A DNA stretch of 63,410 nucleotides, counting the filler, from Craspedostauros australis (Eukaryota): NCBI GenBank assembly GCA_030167865.1. It is 4 parts of 4 records of this genome, joined end to end, with 100 filler letters (N's around TTAATTAATTAA, not from the genome) between each part and the next. Parts side by side here need not be neighbours in the genome. Positions count along the whole stretch, not along the records: positions 32,028 to 58,620 come from JALAGF010004789.1; 3 more parts are not named here. One strand, written 5' to 3'. The notes under the pieces were generated by a model. That model was not told the origin of the DNA, ran no database searches, and saw only the letters and a list, made by a program, of their open reading frames with translations. Positions 45,554 through 56,203 of this stretch are shown piece after piece. How positions within the stretch are numbered: position 1 is the first letter of the stretch; each line of letters starts with the position of its first letter. The translations under genes and the position numbers were made by a program.

Positions 45554-47218
45554 CTACTCATCCGAATCGCTGCTGTTTACGGCCTGTCGTTTCTTCTTCA
45601 GCCGTGATCGGTTCTTTGCCTTGCGTTTCTGCTTCTTCGACACGGCCCGTTCCGTTTTCATACCCAGCCGACTCGAGGTGCCGTTGATGTATTGATCCAG
45701 CTTCAATCGCAGCTGTTTTCTCGCGATCTTGCGGTTCTGTGACAGAGACCGTGTATCCTGGCATTCCACCCGCAAGCTTGTCGGAAGATGGACCAATACC
45801 ACCCGGTTGCTCGTTTTGTTGATCTTTTGACCACCTGCCCCACTGCCTCTCACAAATGTCTCCTCCAAATCATTCTCATCCAACTCTGGCAAAAGTTGCC
45901 GCTGCATGGCCTTCTTGCTCATGGCATTGCCAGACTTCGTCGTCGTCGTCTTCTTCTTCAGAGCTCGCTGCATGACTACGTTGACCTCTTCCAAGATGAT
46001 AGGACGCAGCGTGCTGTCGGGAAGCAGCGCCACTAGCTCAGACAGAGTTTCCAAAATCGTCAGGTCGTCGAGGTCGCTGCTGTCATCTGCCGCTTCTCCA
46101 TTTTTGCTGTCTTGACCATGTTCAGTACCGTCGTCGTCGTCGTCGTTGCCACCATCCTCCTCAGTGCTTCGACACTGGCGAAACAAGTCCACAGCAGAAG
46201 CCACGTATCGCTCAATTTCAACACGATTCGTCGGAGCATCATCGCTGTCGCCGTTCTCATCAGACTTGCGGCTGACGCCGGCCTTTGCGGCAAAGTCTTG
46301 CACGGTCGCCGACATCCGTTTCAGTTCTGCGAACCGCTCTGGTCCCAACATGGATGCAATGCGCGATGTCACCTCCGCCTGACGTTTGCGATTCCATTCG
46401 TTGGCGGCATCGACGTTGGCCTTCCAAGCGTCGTACGTTTCCATGATCTGGTAGATGCCTTCGCCGCTGAAGACCAAATCCATGCGTTTGTTGCGATCCC
46501 ATACCACGCGTTCCTTGTACTTGAATCCCATGATGCGATGCTCCGGCAAGGCATCGACGAATCGCCGGGCCTTGCCTTCGATGGAGGTGTTGGGTTGCGA
46601 AAATGGCGTCTCCACTATGTTGTCGTCGATCCGATCGTAGTGCAGGATGGAGAAGTCTTCTTCCTGCAGCATGGGATCGTAGTTGATTCGTCGGATGATC
46701 TCGGAAGATGGAATCAACTTCGTCGACGTCGCCGCCGTTGCTGCTGCCGCTCCGGCTTTACCATCTGATGGCTTTCCTGGAAACAGTCGTTTGTACGCGT
46801 TGCTGTTGATATCATTCAATTTCTGAATACGCGATCGAACACCATTCAAACCTCGTCCGAGCATTGATGACATCTCGATGATGGACTTCGTTTTTTGGTT
46901 TTCCCACAGGAATTCATCCTGATCCAAAGTCCATGCTTGATACAGATTTTGCATCGGAAGTGGAGGAGGGTTCGTCGAATGATCATCGTTGGGCGTGGAT
47001 GTCATGAAGCGTGTTGTGAGGAATGAGGGCGCTGTGGTTTCTGTGCGTGCCATTGCAATTCCTGCACATGGACGCTGAGACAGGAATGGTGATGGGAACG
47101 GCGGCGATGGGAGTGATAGCGGCACCGTCGGAGAGACTGCTTGCTTGATGGCTGCTTGACGACTGGTCGACAAGGCCCACAGAATGGACCGTGAAGATGT
47201 GACGCAGAAGGCTTTCAT
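45554..47218 (-). CDS. Fusion protein: organelle presequence + HTH/Myb-like module + MJ1316 RNA-end-recognition domain + C12orf65/mtRF-R-like GGQ peptidyl-tRNA hydrolase
   Basis: Single stop-free ORF from the ATG at 47218. HTH-like: WTLDQDEFLW..SIIEMSSMLGRGLNGVRSRIQKL (~46933-46815). MJ1316: EIIRRINYDP..DFSILHYDR..LPEHRIMGFKYKERVVWDRNKRMDLVF (~46717-46469). GGQ domain: LDENDLEETFVRGSGAGGQKINKTSNRVVLVHLPT..CQDTRSLSQNRKIARKQL plus a basic tail (~45886-45590). Confidence 0.88.
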   Translation of the reverse strand: MKAFCVTSSRSILWALSTSRQAAIKQAVSPTVPLSLPSPPFPSPFLSQRPCAGIAMARTETTAPSFLTTRFMTSTPNDDHSTNPPPLPMQNLYQAWTLDQDEFLWENQKTKSIIEMSSMLGRGLNGVRSRIQKLNDINSNAYKRLFPGKPSDGKAGAAAATAATSTKLIPSSEIIRRINYDPMLQEEDFSILHYDRIDDNIVETPFSQPNTSIEGKARRFVDALPEHRIMGFKYKERVVWDRNKRMDLVFSGEGIYQIMETYDAWKANVDAANEWNRKRQAEVTSRIASMLGPERFAELKRMSATVQDFAAKAGVSRKSDENGDSDDAPTNRVEIERYVASAVDLFRQCRSTEEDGGNDDDDDGTEHGQDSKNGEAADDSSDLDDLTILETLSELVALLPDSTLRPIILEEVNVVMQRALKKKTTTTKSGNAMSKKAMQRQLLPELDENDLEETFVRGSGAGGQKINKTSNRVVLVHLPTSLRVECQDTRSLSQNRKIARKQLRLKLDQYINGTSSRLGMKTERAVSKKQKRKAKNRSRLKKKRQAVNSSDSDE

Positions 47219-47580
47219 GTTGTGTTCAGAGGGCGGAAGGCGTAACGTGTGCTTCCAAAAGGCCTGGATTCTGTGGATGGTAGGGATTGGCGCATTCGGG
47301 TGCTGCGATTGCTCTCCGCCGCTTCCTTGATGTCCTTGGTGACTTGATGCTTGGACGCTCTTTCTGATGCCGATACCTCTTTTGTGAACACCAACTGACA
47401 CGCCTGTTTTTATGAACGCGATGGTTGTTGGTTGGCATGCATCTGCGTCACAATCGGTTTTGGTTGACACAGATCGTGTTTGGCGAATCACGAGTGGCGA
47501 AATTGGAAAGGAAGAACAACGTGTGTCGAATCGAGCAAACCAACATCGCAGATACGACCACCACAGCGTACTACTAATAT

Positions 47581-50277
47581 CCACGGTGATTTTTTGTTGC
47601 GTCAGGACGCAAAATCACCGTTTTTTGTCTCCTGACGCAAAAGTACCCGGATGGATAAAATTGGTTGCGCCAGGACGCAAAATTGAATTTAACGTGGAGA
47701 TTTAACACGGGGCGAAAAATGATGTGACTCACTCGAACACTCGTAAAAAAATCGTTCGCTGTCGTCGTTTGTCGCCTGTGCTTTTGGACAAATACTGTGT
47801 GTTTTACCGTGTTGTTTTGTACTGACGGATGCAAATCTTATCTGCGCTCCACATCCAGCAACAATAGTATCGAAACAACTCTCTGAATGTTGCAATGCAT
47901 ATATTAGTGATGTATGTGTTGTACATTGCCTTATTTACCTCGTGCATGCTCTCCTGCTTGCGAAGAGGAGAAAAGGAGCCAGGTATGTTTATCAGGCTCT
48001 GTCGTCCTCCTTCCTGTTGTGATCCTACCACTCTCCTTGCCAGCTTGGCTGCCTATGTTTGATACTTCTGTGTTCAAAGAGTGCTTCCAGTCACCCATCA
48101 GCTCCATGCTGTCTGTGGAGTTGGTTGAGGCACACACTTCGTGCCTTCGGCACGACGATTCGCCTCTGTACATTGATCATCAACCACTTGTTTGTCACAC
48201 AAGTACAAGGCTCTCGTTCATTCCGTATCGCTTCAAATTCAAAGGGATGCTCCTTCATTTGTCCTCACACTTGTGCTTTCCAGATTTGGACTTCCAACAC
48301 TCAGCGCATCCCCGCCGCAAACAGGGTCACAGGCAAGAGCTCACACCATCGAGGGCATGAATGTCCTTCCTGTGCGGAGTTCAGTTCTAAGACCACATGA
48401 GGCATACATACAAGAGAAGCATATCATGTTTGCCAGTATGCGCATCCGCACCATTGTCAAATGAGTCCCCTTTGGTTGGCAGAAACGAATGTGTGGGGTG
48501 GTGACTGCATTCTTGGCAGCCATATTTGTTGCCAGAATCTGGATGAATCCGATTGCCGTCCTGCTATCAAATATGTACATCTTCTTATTCACGTTAATAA
48601 GAACAATAATAAGTCACTGAATGTCCTCCGCATACAAAGTCACCTTGAAGGCTTTAGTGTTGGCCGCCTACAACGAGCCTAGGGCCGATTGCGCTGAAAC
48701 GACTTCCCTGTGTCTCTCACTGCCTAGCCTACCACGATTTGTCAGCACCATGGGCCATCAAACATACCGCACTGGGCATCCGACTTGTGCCCGCTATGCT
48801 CTTTCACGAACCTCATGCACTGATCCGTGTTCCATATTGTTGCTTGTTCGCCCTTCCTCCCAAGGCCCCGAATAACCGTCGTTTGCACAGACCCGTTTCT
48901 TGTCGTTGCCCTCTAACCGCGTGTGTGAGTCCTTGGCGTACTCCTCTTCTCTCCTGCGTTGCTGCACGTTGTTGCTGCTCAACTGCCTGGGCCCTTATCC
49001 ATGCAGCTTACACATGCTTCACTCACCGGCTCTGAGCATCCACTGGCCACCTCACCACCTCCACTCTCGCCACATTCGTCATGAGGGCTTGGTCTGTGGC
49101 CAGGATACCTCCGCCTCCGATCGCCCATTGCTCGTTCACCCTGGCTCATACTTCTTTTCCTTGGCTGCCGCGCGCTTGCGTCCATCCTGGTCATGTAGCA
49201 CACGGTTGCGTGCTTCCCATGGCTTCTGTTGAACCTCCCACAGCCCTCGAACGGCTATGCCTCTCCAGTTCGCTGGCTTCATTGGGAGCTCTTCCTCCAT
49301 CATCACGGACTCCTGTATTGTCCTCCACTGCCTCNNNNNNNNNNNNNNNNNNNNNNNNNNNNNNNNNNNNNNNNNNNNNNNNNNNNNNNNNNNNNNNNNN
49401 NGCGTTGGTGCTCTTGGCTCCATGTTGTCCATGTTGCTCCAACTCCTCAGCTGGCAGAGCATCTCTTGGACCATATCTGGATCTCCTCCTACCTGAAGCA
49501 TGTCATCTCCCCACTCTGCATTCGCCTTCTCCCTCACAGAGACCGCTGCTGGATGCCAACACTGCATGACTTGCTCCGTTGTTATCTTATTCACATTTGT
49601 ACTAACACATTCATGTTTCTCAATGAAGCAAGCAATCTTTGCTTGAAAGANNNNNNNNNNNNNNNNNNNNNNNNNNNNNNNNNNNNNNNNNNNNNNNNNN
49701 NNNNNNNNNNNNNNNNNNNNNNNNNNNNNNNNNNNNNNNNNNNNNNNNNNNNNNTCTCGCCTCGCAAGGAATGAATGAGACACTGATGTCGTGTGAAGCT
49801 GCCTGGAGAGGCACAGGATGACGTGGAGGAAGAACGGAAAGGACCGCAGGTCCTATTGGCACACGAAGAAAAATAAGTAATTGAAGAGACATGAACACAC
49901 GGAAAGCTAAAGAAAGCACCACAGTTATGGCATCATAGTAGTGCAATTACTGATATGGTACCAACAAACTGGAGTTGGTATCTTCCTGATCACTGCAAAC
50001 GACAGCATCCTCTAGAGTATGTGCTTGATGCAGAGAACACTGAACACTGCGCGAAAATAACANNNNNNNNNNNNNNNNNNNNNNNNNNNNNNNNNNNNNN
50101 NNNNNNNNNNNNNNNNNNNNNNNNNNNNNNNNNNNNNNNNNNNNNGTAATTTATCCCTCGTGTTAAATTGTCGCACTAATTCTCCATTTGCGTCCTGACG
50201 CAAAAGATCGAAAATTGTCTCGAAATTTGCGTCCTGACGCATCTTGGGTCCATTATCGCGACGAAAAATCACCGTGG
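47581..50277. mobile_element. Non-autonomous TIR DNA transposon (~2.7 kb including gaps)
   Basis: Left end CCACGGTGATTTTTTGTTGCG; right end reverse-complements to CCACGGTGATTTTTCGTCGCG. ATAT flanks both ends (47577-80, 50278-81). Subterminal GCGTCAGGACGCAAA and ATTTAACACG motifs are mirrored at both ends. No intact transposase seen. Confidence 0.85.
49000..49600 (-). mobile_element. Degenerate 3' fragment of a non-LTR retrotransposon ORF, nested in the TIR element
   Basis: TTEQVMQC..MLQVGGDPDMV..LRSW and PANWRGIAVRGLWEVQQKPWEARNRVLHD align by eye with the ORF at 60991-61644 (TTQHVLRC..MVQIGTAPRLV..LVRW; ANAWARE.ARWIW..PWEVWL.RNAKVHD). Confidence 0.65.
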
Positions 50278-50740
50278 ATATGACCGACCATTCATAAAGA
50301 GGTAGTAGTTCTGGTGATCATGCTGTACGGCAATCTCCGCACTCTGACGAGAGCAGCTGAGATAAGTGGAAAGGCAGACGAATTCTTCCTTGTTGCTGGA
50401 TCAGTTTGTGCATCTATTATATTCAAGATCCGAAGGTTAGGGTGTTGCTGTCGCGAATATGCTTGCGGATACACGTACGTATGCTGGCGAGCACGCATCG
50501 TGCTCAGTCTTCAGTGTCGCACACGGACTGACGTAGCAACAAGATGAAGCGCGACGCGCTGAGGCTCGCCTTGTTCTCTCCATTCCACAGCAAGGATCAT
50601 TCTTCTCCGCCGTCGCGAACGTCCCTATCCATTGCAGCATTCATTGACTGCCCACGCAAAGATGCGACATTCGCTGCTCAGCGCACTCGAACGAAGTACT
50701 CCTGTGAACCATGAAAATTGAGCACGAGCACCAGCCTCCG

Positions 50741-51373
50741 CTACGACAGCACCAACCCAGAATTCTCGTCCTCATCGCTGCCATCCGGACAATCCCTGAC
50801 GCCATCTAGTATCCTGGAAGCGTAGATCGTCGTGGTGCCGTCCACGCAATGAAAGACGGCATCTTGGATCGTCAGGTAGGAGCATGCGGGGGTGTTCGGT
50901 TCATCCATGCCATCCTCACAATCGCAATACCCGTCGTTCAAGTACGCTATCGTGACACCATCGGAACATGTGAATTTTTGCTGTTGCAGCACTTCGTCCA
51001 TGCTGGAGGTGGTCGGTTTGCGATCGCCATGATTCGGATGTCGCCGCCGACGTATGTTTTGGACCACACGGCTTGCGGCGTTTTGAACCTGATGCTTGTA
51101 ATCGACCTGTATCCACTCGGATGGCAGCAGCATCAAGGATAACGACCCAGATACGACGCTCGCCGCCATGCCACCCAGGCACGTCCGCAGGAGGTTCCAA
51201 AACACCGTCCGCCGATGATACCTCTTCTTTTTGAAGACTCGTTTATGCGATTTGGGCGTGGAGGCACCCTTCTGCGCTTGATGCTGGTGCTGTTGCGGGT
51301 AGTGGTGCGGGAGCACGGTATCGTTGGTGGAATGGTCATGCCGTCGTTTCCGAAGTTTGGTATCATCGAACAT
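50741..51373 (-). CDS. Membrane-anchored protein with a glucosidase II beta (PRKCSH-like, LDLa-type) domain
   Basis: C-terminal FTCSDG..YLNDGYCDCEDGMDEPNTPACS..FHCVDG..IYASRILDGVRDCPDGSDE. A basic N-terminus is followed by one hydrophobic segment. The start codon is uncertain. Confidence 0.8.
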   Translation of the reverse strand: MFDDTKLRKRRHDHSTNDTVLPHHYPQQHQHQAQKGASTPKSHKRVFKKKRYHRRTVFWNLLRTCLGGMAASVVSGSLSLMLLPSEWIQVDYKHQVQNAASRVVQNIRRRRHPNHGDRKPTTSSMDEVLQQQKFTCSDGVTIAYLNDGYCDCEDGMDEPNTPACSYLTIQDAVFHCVDGTTTIYASRILDGVRDCPDGSDEDENSGLVLS

Positions 51374-53717
51374 CTTTGTGTGCGATGCGTCGGTGAAATC
51401 GACGGCCCTTGGCTTGACTGGTGGCGATCCAACGACCAATGGTCTTTCAGATGGACCAAGCGCTGCCGATCCCCTTCTTCGGTTGCTGCTGCAGTTCCTT
51501 GTTGAACCGATCCCCAGCCCATGCACTCCCCGGCGGCAGCTTCTCCAGCCGAAGACGACTCTGGTAGCTATTATAGGAGGAAAGGATATCACTCTATTCG
51601 ACTTGTATCGTCCTGCGACGGCCACGATTTCGGCGTGGGGTCCGATAACCAAACCAAGCCAAAAGCGATAACAGCACCAACGTTGGCGCGTTCTGTATCC
51701 GAGGCTCTGTCTCTCGCCCTGCGATCCTTGCGATCAGCTCTGATGATGTGAATGGCGAGACGATCCCCGTGGGAGTGTTCGTGTGAAGCGAGTGACAGAT
51801 CTCAGTTCCTTGCCAAAGCCGTGCCCACAGTCATCGTTAGCAGTGTTTGGAGCAGTTTTTATTCGAATGAATCGACCAGCTTCCGAATCGTTGACACCCC
51901 CAGCAAAGTAGAGGATTCTACTTCCTGGAGAGTACTTTTAGATGACAACCAGCAAGTTGGGGCATTCAAGGATGAATGCATGGGAAACAAAACATAAATG
52001 GTAGAGCATGTGCAACTGTTCTCTCTGGAGACAGATTACCCAACAAGCATGGGCATTGGCGATAGATTGTTCATGGAAGTCGCCCGGGGTCATATTGTGG
52101 TGCAAATCTAGTATGTCCCACAATCAACTTTGATGCATCAGTATTCCAACATGTCCGTTAAATTAGGTTGCGGCAAGTAAGTAATTGTTTTTGTTTTGGA
52201 CAAGACAAGAAGTCTAACTTCTACCATTTTCAAACGGATGAAGAAGTGACGCGGAGACCATTGGGATCAACCTTAGGAGAATCATCGCACACCTTTCAGA
52301 TATGTGACTGTGCAGAACAGACCTGAGAGGCAACAAAACAAAGGCGTGCTGAGGTTGATTACTCTCTTGTTTGATCTTGGCACATCAGCCTGAGAGTGTG
52401 CGTTACTTTGCTCTACGAGTACAGAGTGATCTTGCGCCGGAGAATGAACATCAAACCGTGGCGCATCCACGTTCCTGCGCTGGAGGGTACTGATGTGCCA
52501 TGGCAGAACAATCGATTCCGTCCCCTCCCCCTCTCAAATGAACGACAAGCAGGCAGTTGGTTGATTGAGCGAAGTTGCGCTTCGGTCGGGAGCAGTTCAG
52601 ATGTCTCTCCTCTTTGGTCTTGCAAGGCAATCTCAACAGGGATGCAGGTCCAGTCCGCAAAGCAACACGACGCCAAGGGATGATCATATGTGCCACACGA
52701 ACAAGTATAGTATTCGTTCGTGTTTCGTCTTACGAGTGCGCACACAAGCAGCTGTCTCTTGGCGGAGAGGTTGCCACGATTTTAGCATAACAGGCAGCAT
52801 CGCAAGTTCGCCGTTTCTGTTTCGGCGCCGGCGGTTTGGTTCCGTCTCCTCCAGCCACTACTATGCAACAGATGTGGAACCTACAGCAGCTTCGCCGACA
52901 GCACCAGCACGAGCGAAGCGGCCAAAGATACGTGCGTCAACATCACCAACAGCCACATGTGCGATGTGCCAACTCTACTGGAATCTACTCTACGGCTACT
53001 CAACACTGCAGAATGCTCGCACTTGCGTTCTTCCCTGCGCGTACGAGCGCGTAACTGGAGGGCTGTGTTGCGGCGAGGTGAGAAACGTGGAGAAATCACC
53101 GAGATTGTCTACTCTCGGCGACATTTGCGATGATGTGATGGCAACTTCACCGGTCGCTTACTCCTTGAACAGAAAGAACGATGAGGCAGACGACCATGTC
53201 CTGCGAAAGTAACCTCTCTGTGCATTCTGCGATCTTGCGAACAGGAACTCCACAAAAATGAACCCACTCTCGCAACCACACAACTGCATGCACATCAACG
53301 AACAAACTGTCTTCCATCAAACATCCTTGGTTTGTTCCTTGGCAATGCAGGACTTGGACTACTCCCCCAACGTCATTGGAAATGGGAGATGTACCTGTTC
53401 GTGTGCCACAAGTACTCAGCCTCCGGATACTGCCATGACAAAGGGATCAGTTGCGAGTCCAACGATCTTTGGCGAGACACCGCCAAGGGCACCAACATCC
53501 CACCGCGTCCGCTCTGGTTGATTGCATGCTTTGACATGGTATCTCTTGGGAGCCTCGTCGTGGAGGACAGGAACATCTCCGTTCCTCACTCCTCTCACCT
53601 CACAAACCCAAGCTCAGCACAAAGCAAACACAAAGGCAAAGGCATCAGCAAACCAACCAACAGCAAACACTCCACACTCAAACAACCAAAACAGCAGACA
53701 AACGACAGCTCGACAAC

Positions 53718-55115
53718 ATGAACTTCCAAAAGGCCACTGCCTTCATCGTCACTGCCATCGCCATGGCCGCCGACAACGCCATGGCTGCGATTGGCGATGA
53801 CTACATTGCCACCGTCCCTGCCACTGTCTACGAGGCCACCATTATCTCTCCACAGAACATGGACTACGACAAGGTCAACAAGAAGTTCGCCGCCCATGGA
53901 TGCTGGTACAACAACCGCCTCACCCACTACTACAAGTTCCGCGGCTTCACTCCACCTACCTACCCAGGTCTCATCAAGGGACCACCAAACATGAGCCCAG
54001 CCTCGGATGTCCCAATCCAGGAGGTCATGATGGCAACCACCACCGGAGACTTCACCGGTGTTGTTGGAAAGCCAATCCTCGAGTTCCACACCAGCAATGG
54101 CAACTCTTATTCCGACTTCATGAACGTCAAGTTCGTCATGGTTGATGATACCTATGTTGCAGACACCTTCAAGAGTGCCGGGGATGTCATCACCAGTGGC
54201 AATACCCTCAAGGAGACCGACATCATCCTGAACTTCCCAGTCGTTCCAACTGGATCCTCCCTTCAGAGCCCAGTGGACAAGGCCGCAACCGCCCCCATCA
54301 AGCCCATCACCGCCTTCTTCAAGGGACAGGAGGTTCAGACCTTCATCTTCGAAGTCAACGACCAGTCTGCATTTGACTACTTCAACCCTACCACTCGCGA
54401 GCAGCCAGATGATGCCGACTACGCCATCCCAGTCGTTACCGCTTTCGCCAACAAGACCGCCGTCACAGCCATCTCACTGTGGCATTTGAACCAGTTCACC
54501 CGTGGTGTTTCGGCCGAGAAGGGCAACCATGGCGGACCAAGCGATGCCGGCATGCGCAATCTGATCGAACTCGACCGCCCAGATGCGGGATACTCTCCCC
54601 TGTGGCAGCTGTTCTGGGTCACCGAGCTCCCAATCAACTACATGGCCGATCAGATCTCCATCAACACCGAGCTTACCCCCGCCAACGGAGTCGCCTTCAT
54701 CCCAACACCAATGTACATAAACTGTCCAGGTATTGGCCCAGTCAGCACCACCGACAACGCAGACCGCCAAGAAACACACCAGCTGAAGCTCGATCTCGCC
54801 CAGGAATCCAACTTCGTGCTTGGATCTCATGCGGACTTGCTAATGATGGCGGATCTGGACGTGAAGATCACCACCGAAGATGGCACCAAGGTGACCGAGG
54901 GAAAGACCAACATGATGGGAGCATACGAGATTGAGGTGAAGTCGTCTGACATCCCGGATGACACCACCAAGCTCAAGGTCATGTACGGAACGAAGGACAT
55001 CCGCACGCTCGAGGTTGAGGATACCTCTGATGCATCCAGCATCGGCTCCACCATCATGTCGCTCGGTATGGGCATGGGAATGGCAGCAACTTTGATGGCC
55101 GGTGTCATGGCATAA
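53718..55115 (+). CDS. Secreted/cell-surface protein with a duplicated YSPLW-type module and a C-terminal GPI/TM anchor signal
   Basis: 465-aa intronless ORF with strong codon bias and a signal peptide. Two related modules (NSYSDFMNVKFVMV..ILNFPVV; AGYSPLWQLFWV..YINCP). Ends SDASS followed by a hydrophobic tail. Confidence 0.85.
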   Translation: MNFQKATAFIVTAIAMAADNAMAAIGDDYIATVPATVYEATIISPQNMDYDKVNKKFAAHGCWYNNRLTHYYKFRGFTPPTYPGLIKGPPNMSPASDVPIQEVMMATTTGDFTGVVGKPILEFHTSNGNSYSDFMNVKFVMVDDTYVADTFKSAGDVITSGNTLKETDIILNFPVVPTGSSLQSPVDKAATAPIKPITAFFKGQEVQTFIFEVNDQSAFDYFNPTTREQPDDADYAIPVVTAFANKTAVTAISLWHLNQFTRGVSAEKGNHGGPSDAGMRNLIELDRPDAGYSPLWQLFWVTELPINYMADQISINTELTPANGVAFIPTPMYINCPGIGPVSTTDNADRQETHQLKLDLAQESNFVLGSHADLLMMADLDVKITTEDGTKVTEGKTNMMGAYEIEVKSSDIPDDTTKLKVMYGTKDIRTLEVEDTSDASSIGSTIMSLGMGMGMAATLMAGVMA

Positions 55116-56203
55116 GAAATGCTTACCTGCAATCCCTGAGTGGCAGGGGTGTCTCCATATCAGCAGAGAGATTTGGAGCACGAGATCACTGCTCGTTGCC
55201 GGATCACAGCTCTTTGCCAAGCGAAGGCAAGGCGTTGATCGGGAAAACCACCAAATGAGTCGGCAGATCTCCTTTGGCCATCGCCGAATACAAGTCCAAG
55301 CCCATCGATACAAATAAACATAAACATACATAATAAGCACACCCACATTGATTTGCGAAACTGAGACTGTCACAGCGGGACATCGCTATCGCTCGCTCCT
55401 ATTGTACTCAGTCGAATAGCATTCGCAAGTGTGAGATCGAAGTTACACGACGCAGAGAGCGTTGGAGCACCGTCAAGGTATCATGCAGCGATGGAATCCC
55501 AAGGTCCGCTAAAGTCCTGTGACACTGCGGAGACGGTGTTTTTGCCGTGAAGCTGTCCGCAGGTGCCAGTACAAGGGATTAATACACAAAGGAGGTGCCA
55601 TGAAAGTACAACTGGAACAAGTCTTTCGACGTATGTTCTCGGAGCGCGAAGGTGTGAATCCCATCGCCTTTAGATGCCGTCTCTGCGTCATGTCTGCATG
55701 TGCAGAGTATGCACGCATGTTTCTCCTTTCTTCGTCCGAGCACGCATGTCTACATGTATGGCTCCTTGTGTACCGTCTGCCTGGACGTCTATCTGTTTGT
55801 TTTGAACTACACAGCTTTTCAATCTCTGTTGCTCACCGGCAGAACGCCATCTTCGATTGCCATGCCATCACAGCTACTCGTGCGTAGACACGAAGCTGCT
55901 CGGAGACGGATGCTCTTGCCATCACGAACCCGTTGAACTGCTTTTATACAGATATAACAGTTGAATGCTTACATAGAATGATTAAAAGTTATTGTTTGTA
56001 TTTTCTGTGGAATATGCTCTTGCCTCGTTGCTGCCTGCGCTGTTTGTGTTGTGTTATGCACCATTTCCATGACAACACGCAGGATGTTTCACATCAATAC
56101 TTGAAGCCGAGCGAGCAAGATCTGTGGCTGCTCCACTGCATGCAAGACTATGCGGCGTTGCACAGCGGCGGTATAGTTGGCAGGGCGTTCAGGACCTTCC
56201 ATC

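Noticed and set aside
47219..47584. 122-aa N-terminal extension of the MJ1316-GGQ ORF shown in the ORF track
   Set aside because: It starts at a GTG inside the transposon TIR. The first ATG (47218) gives a plausible presequence.
51752..53600. ORFs upstream of the 53718 gene (e.g. 52565-53212)
   Set aside because: Non-ATG starts or random-looking translations; more consistent with intergenic or promoter DNA.
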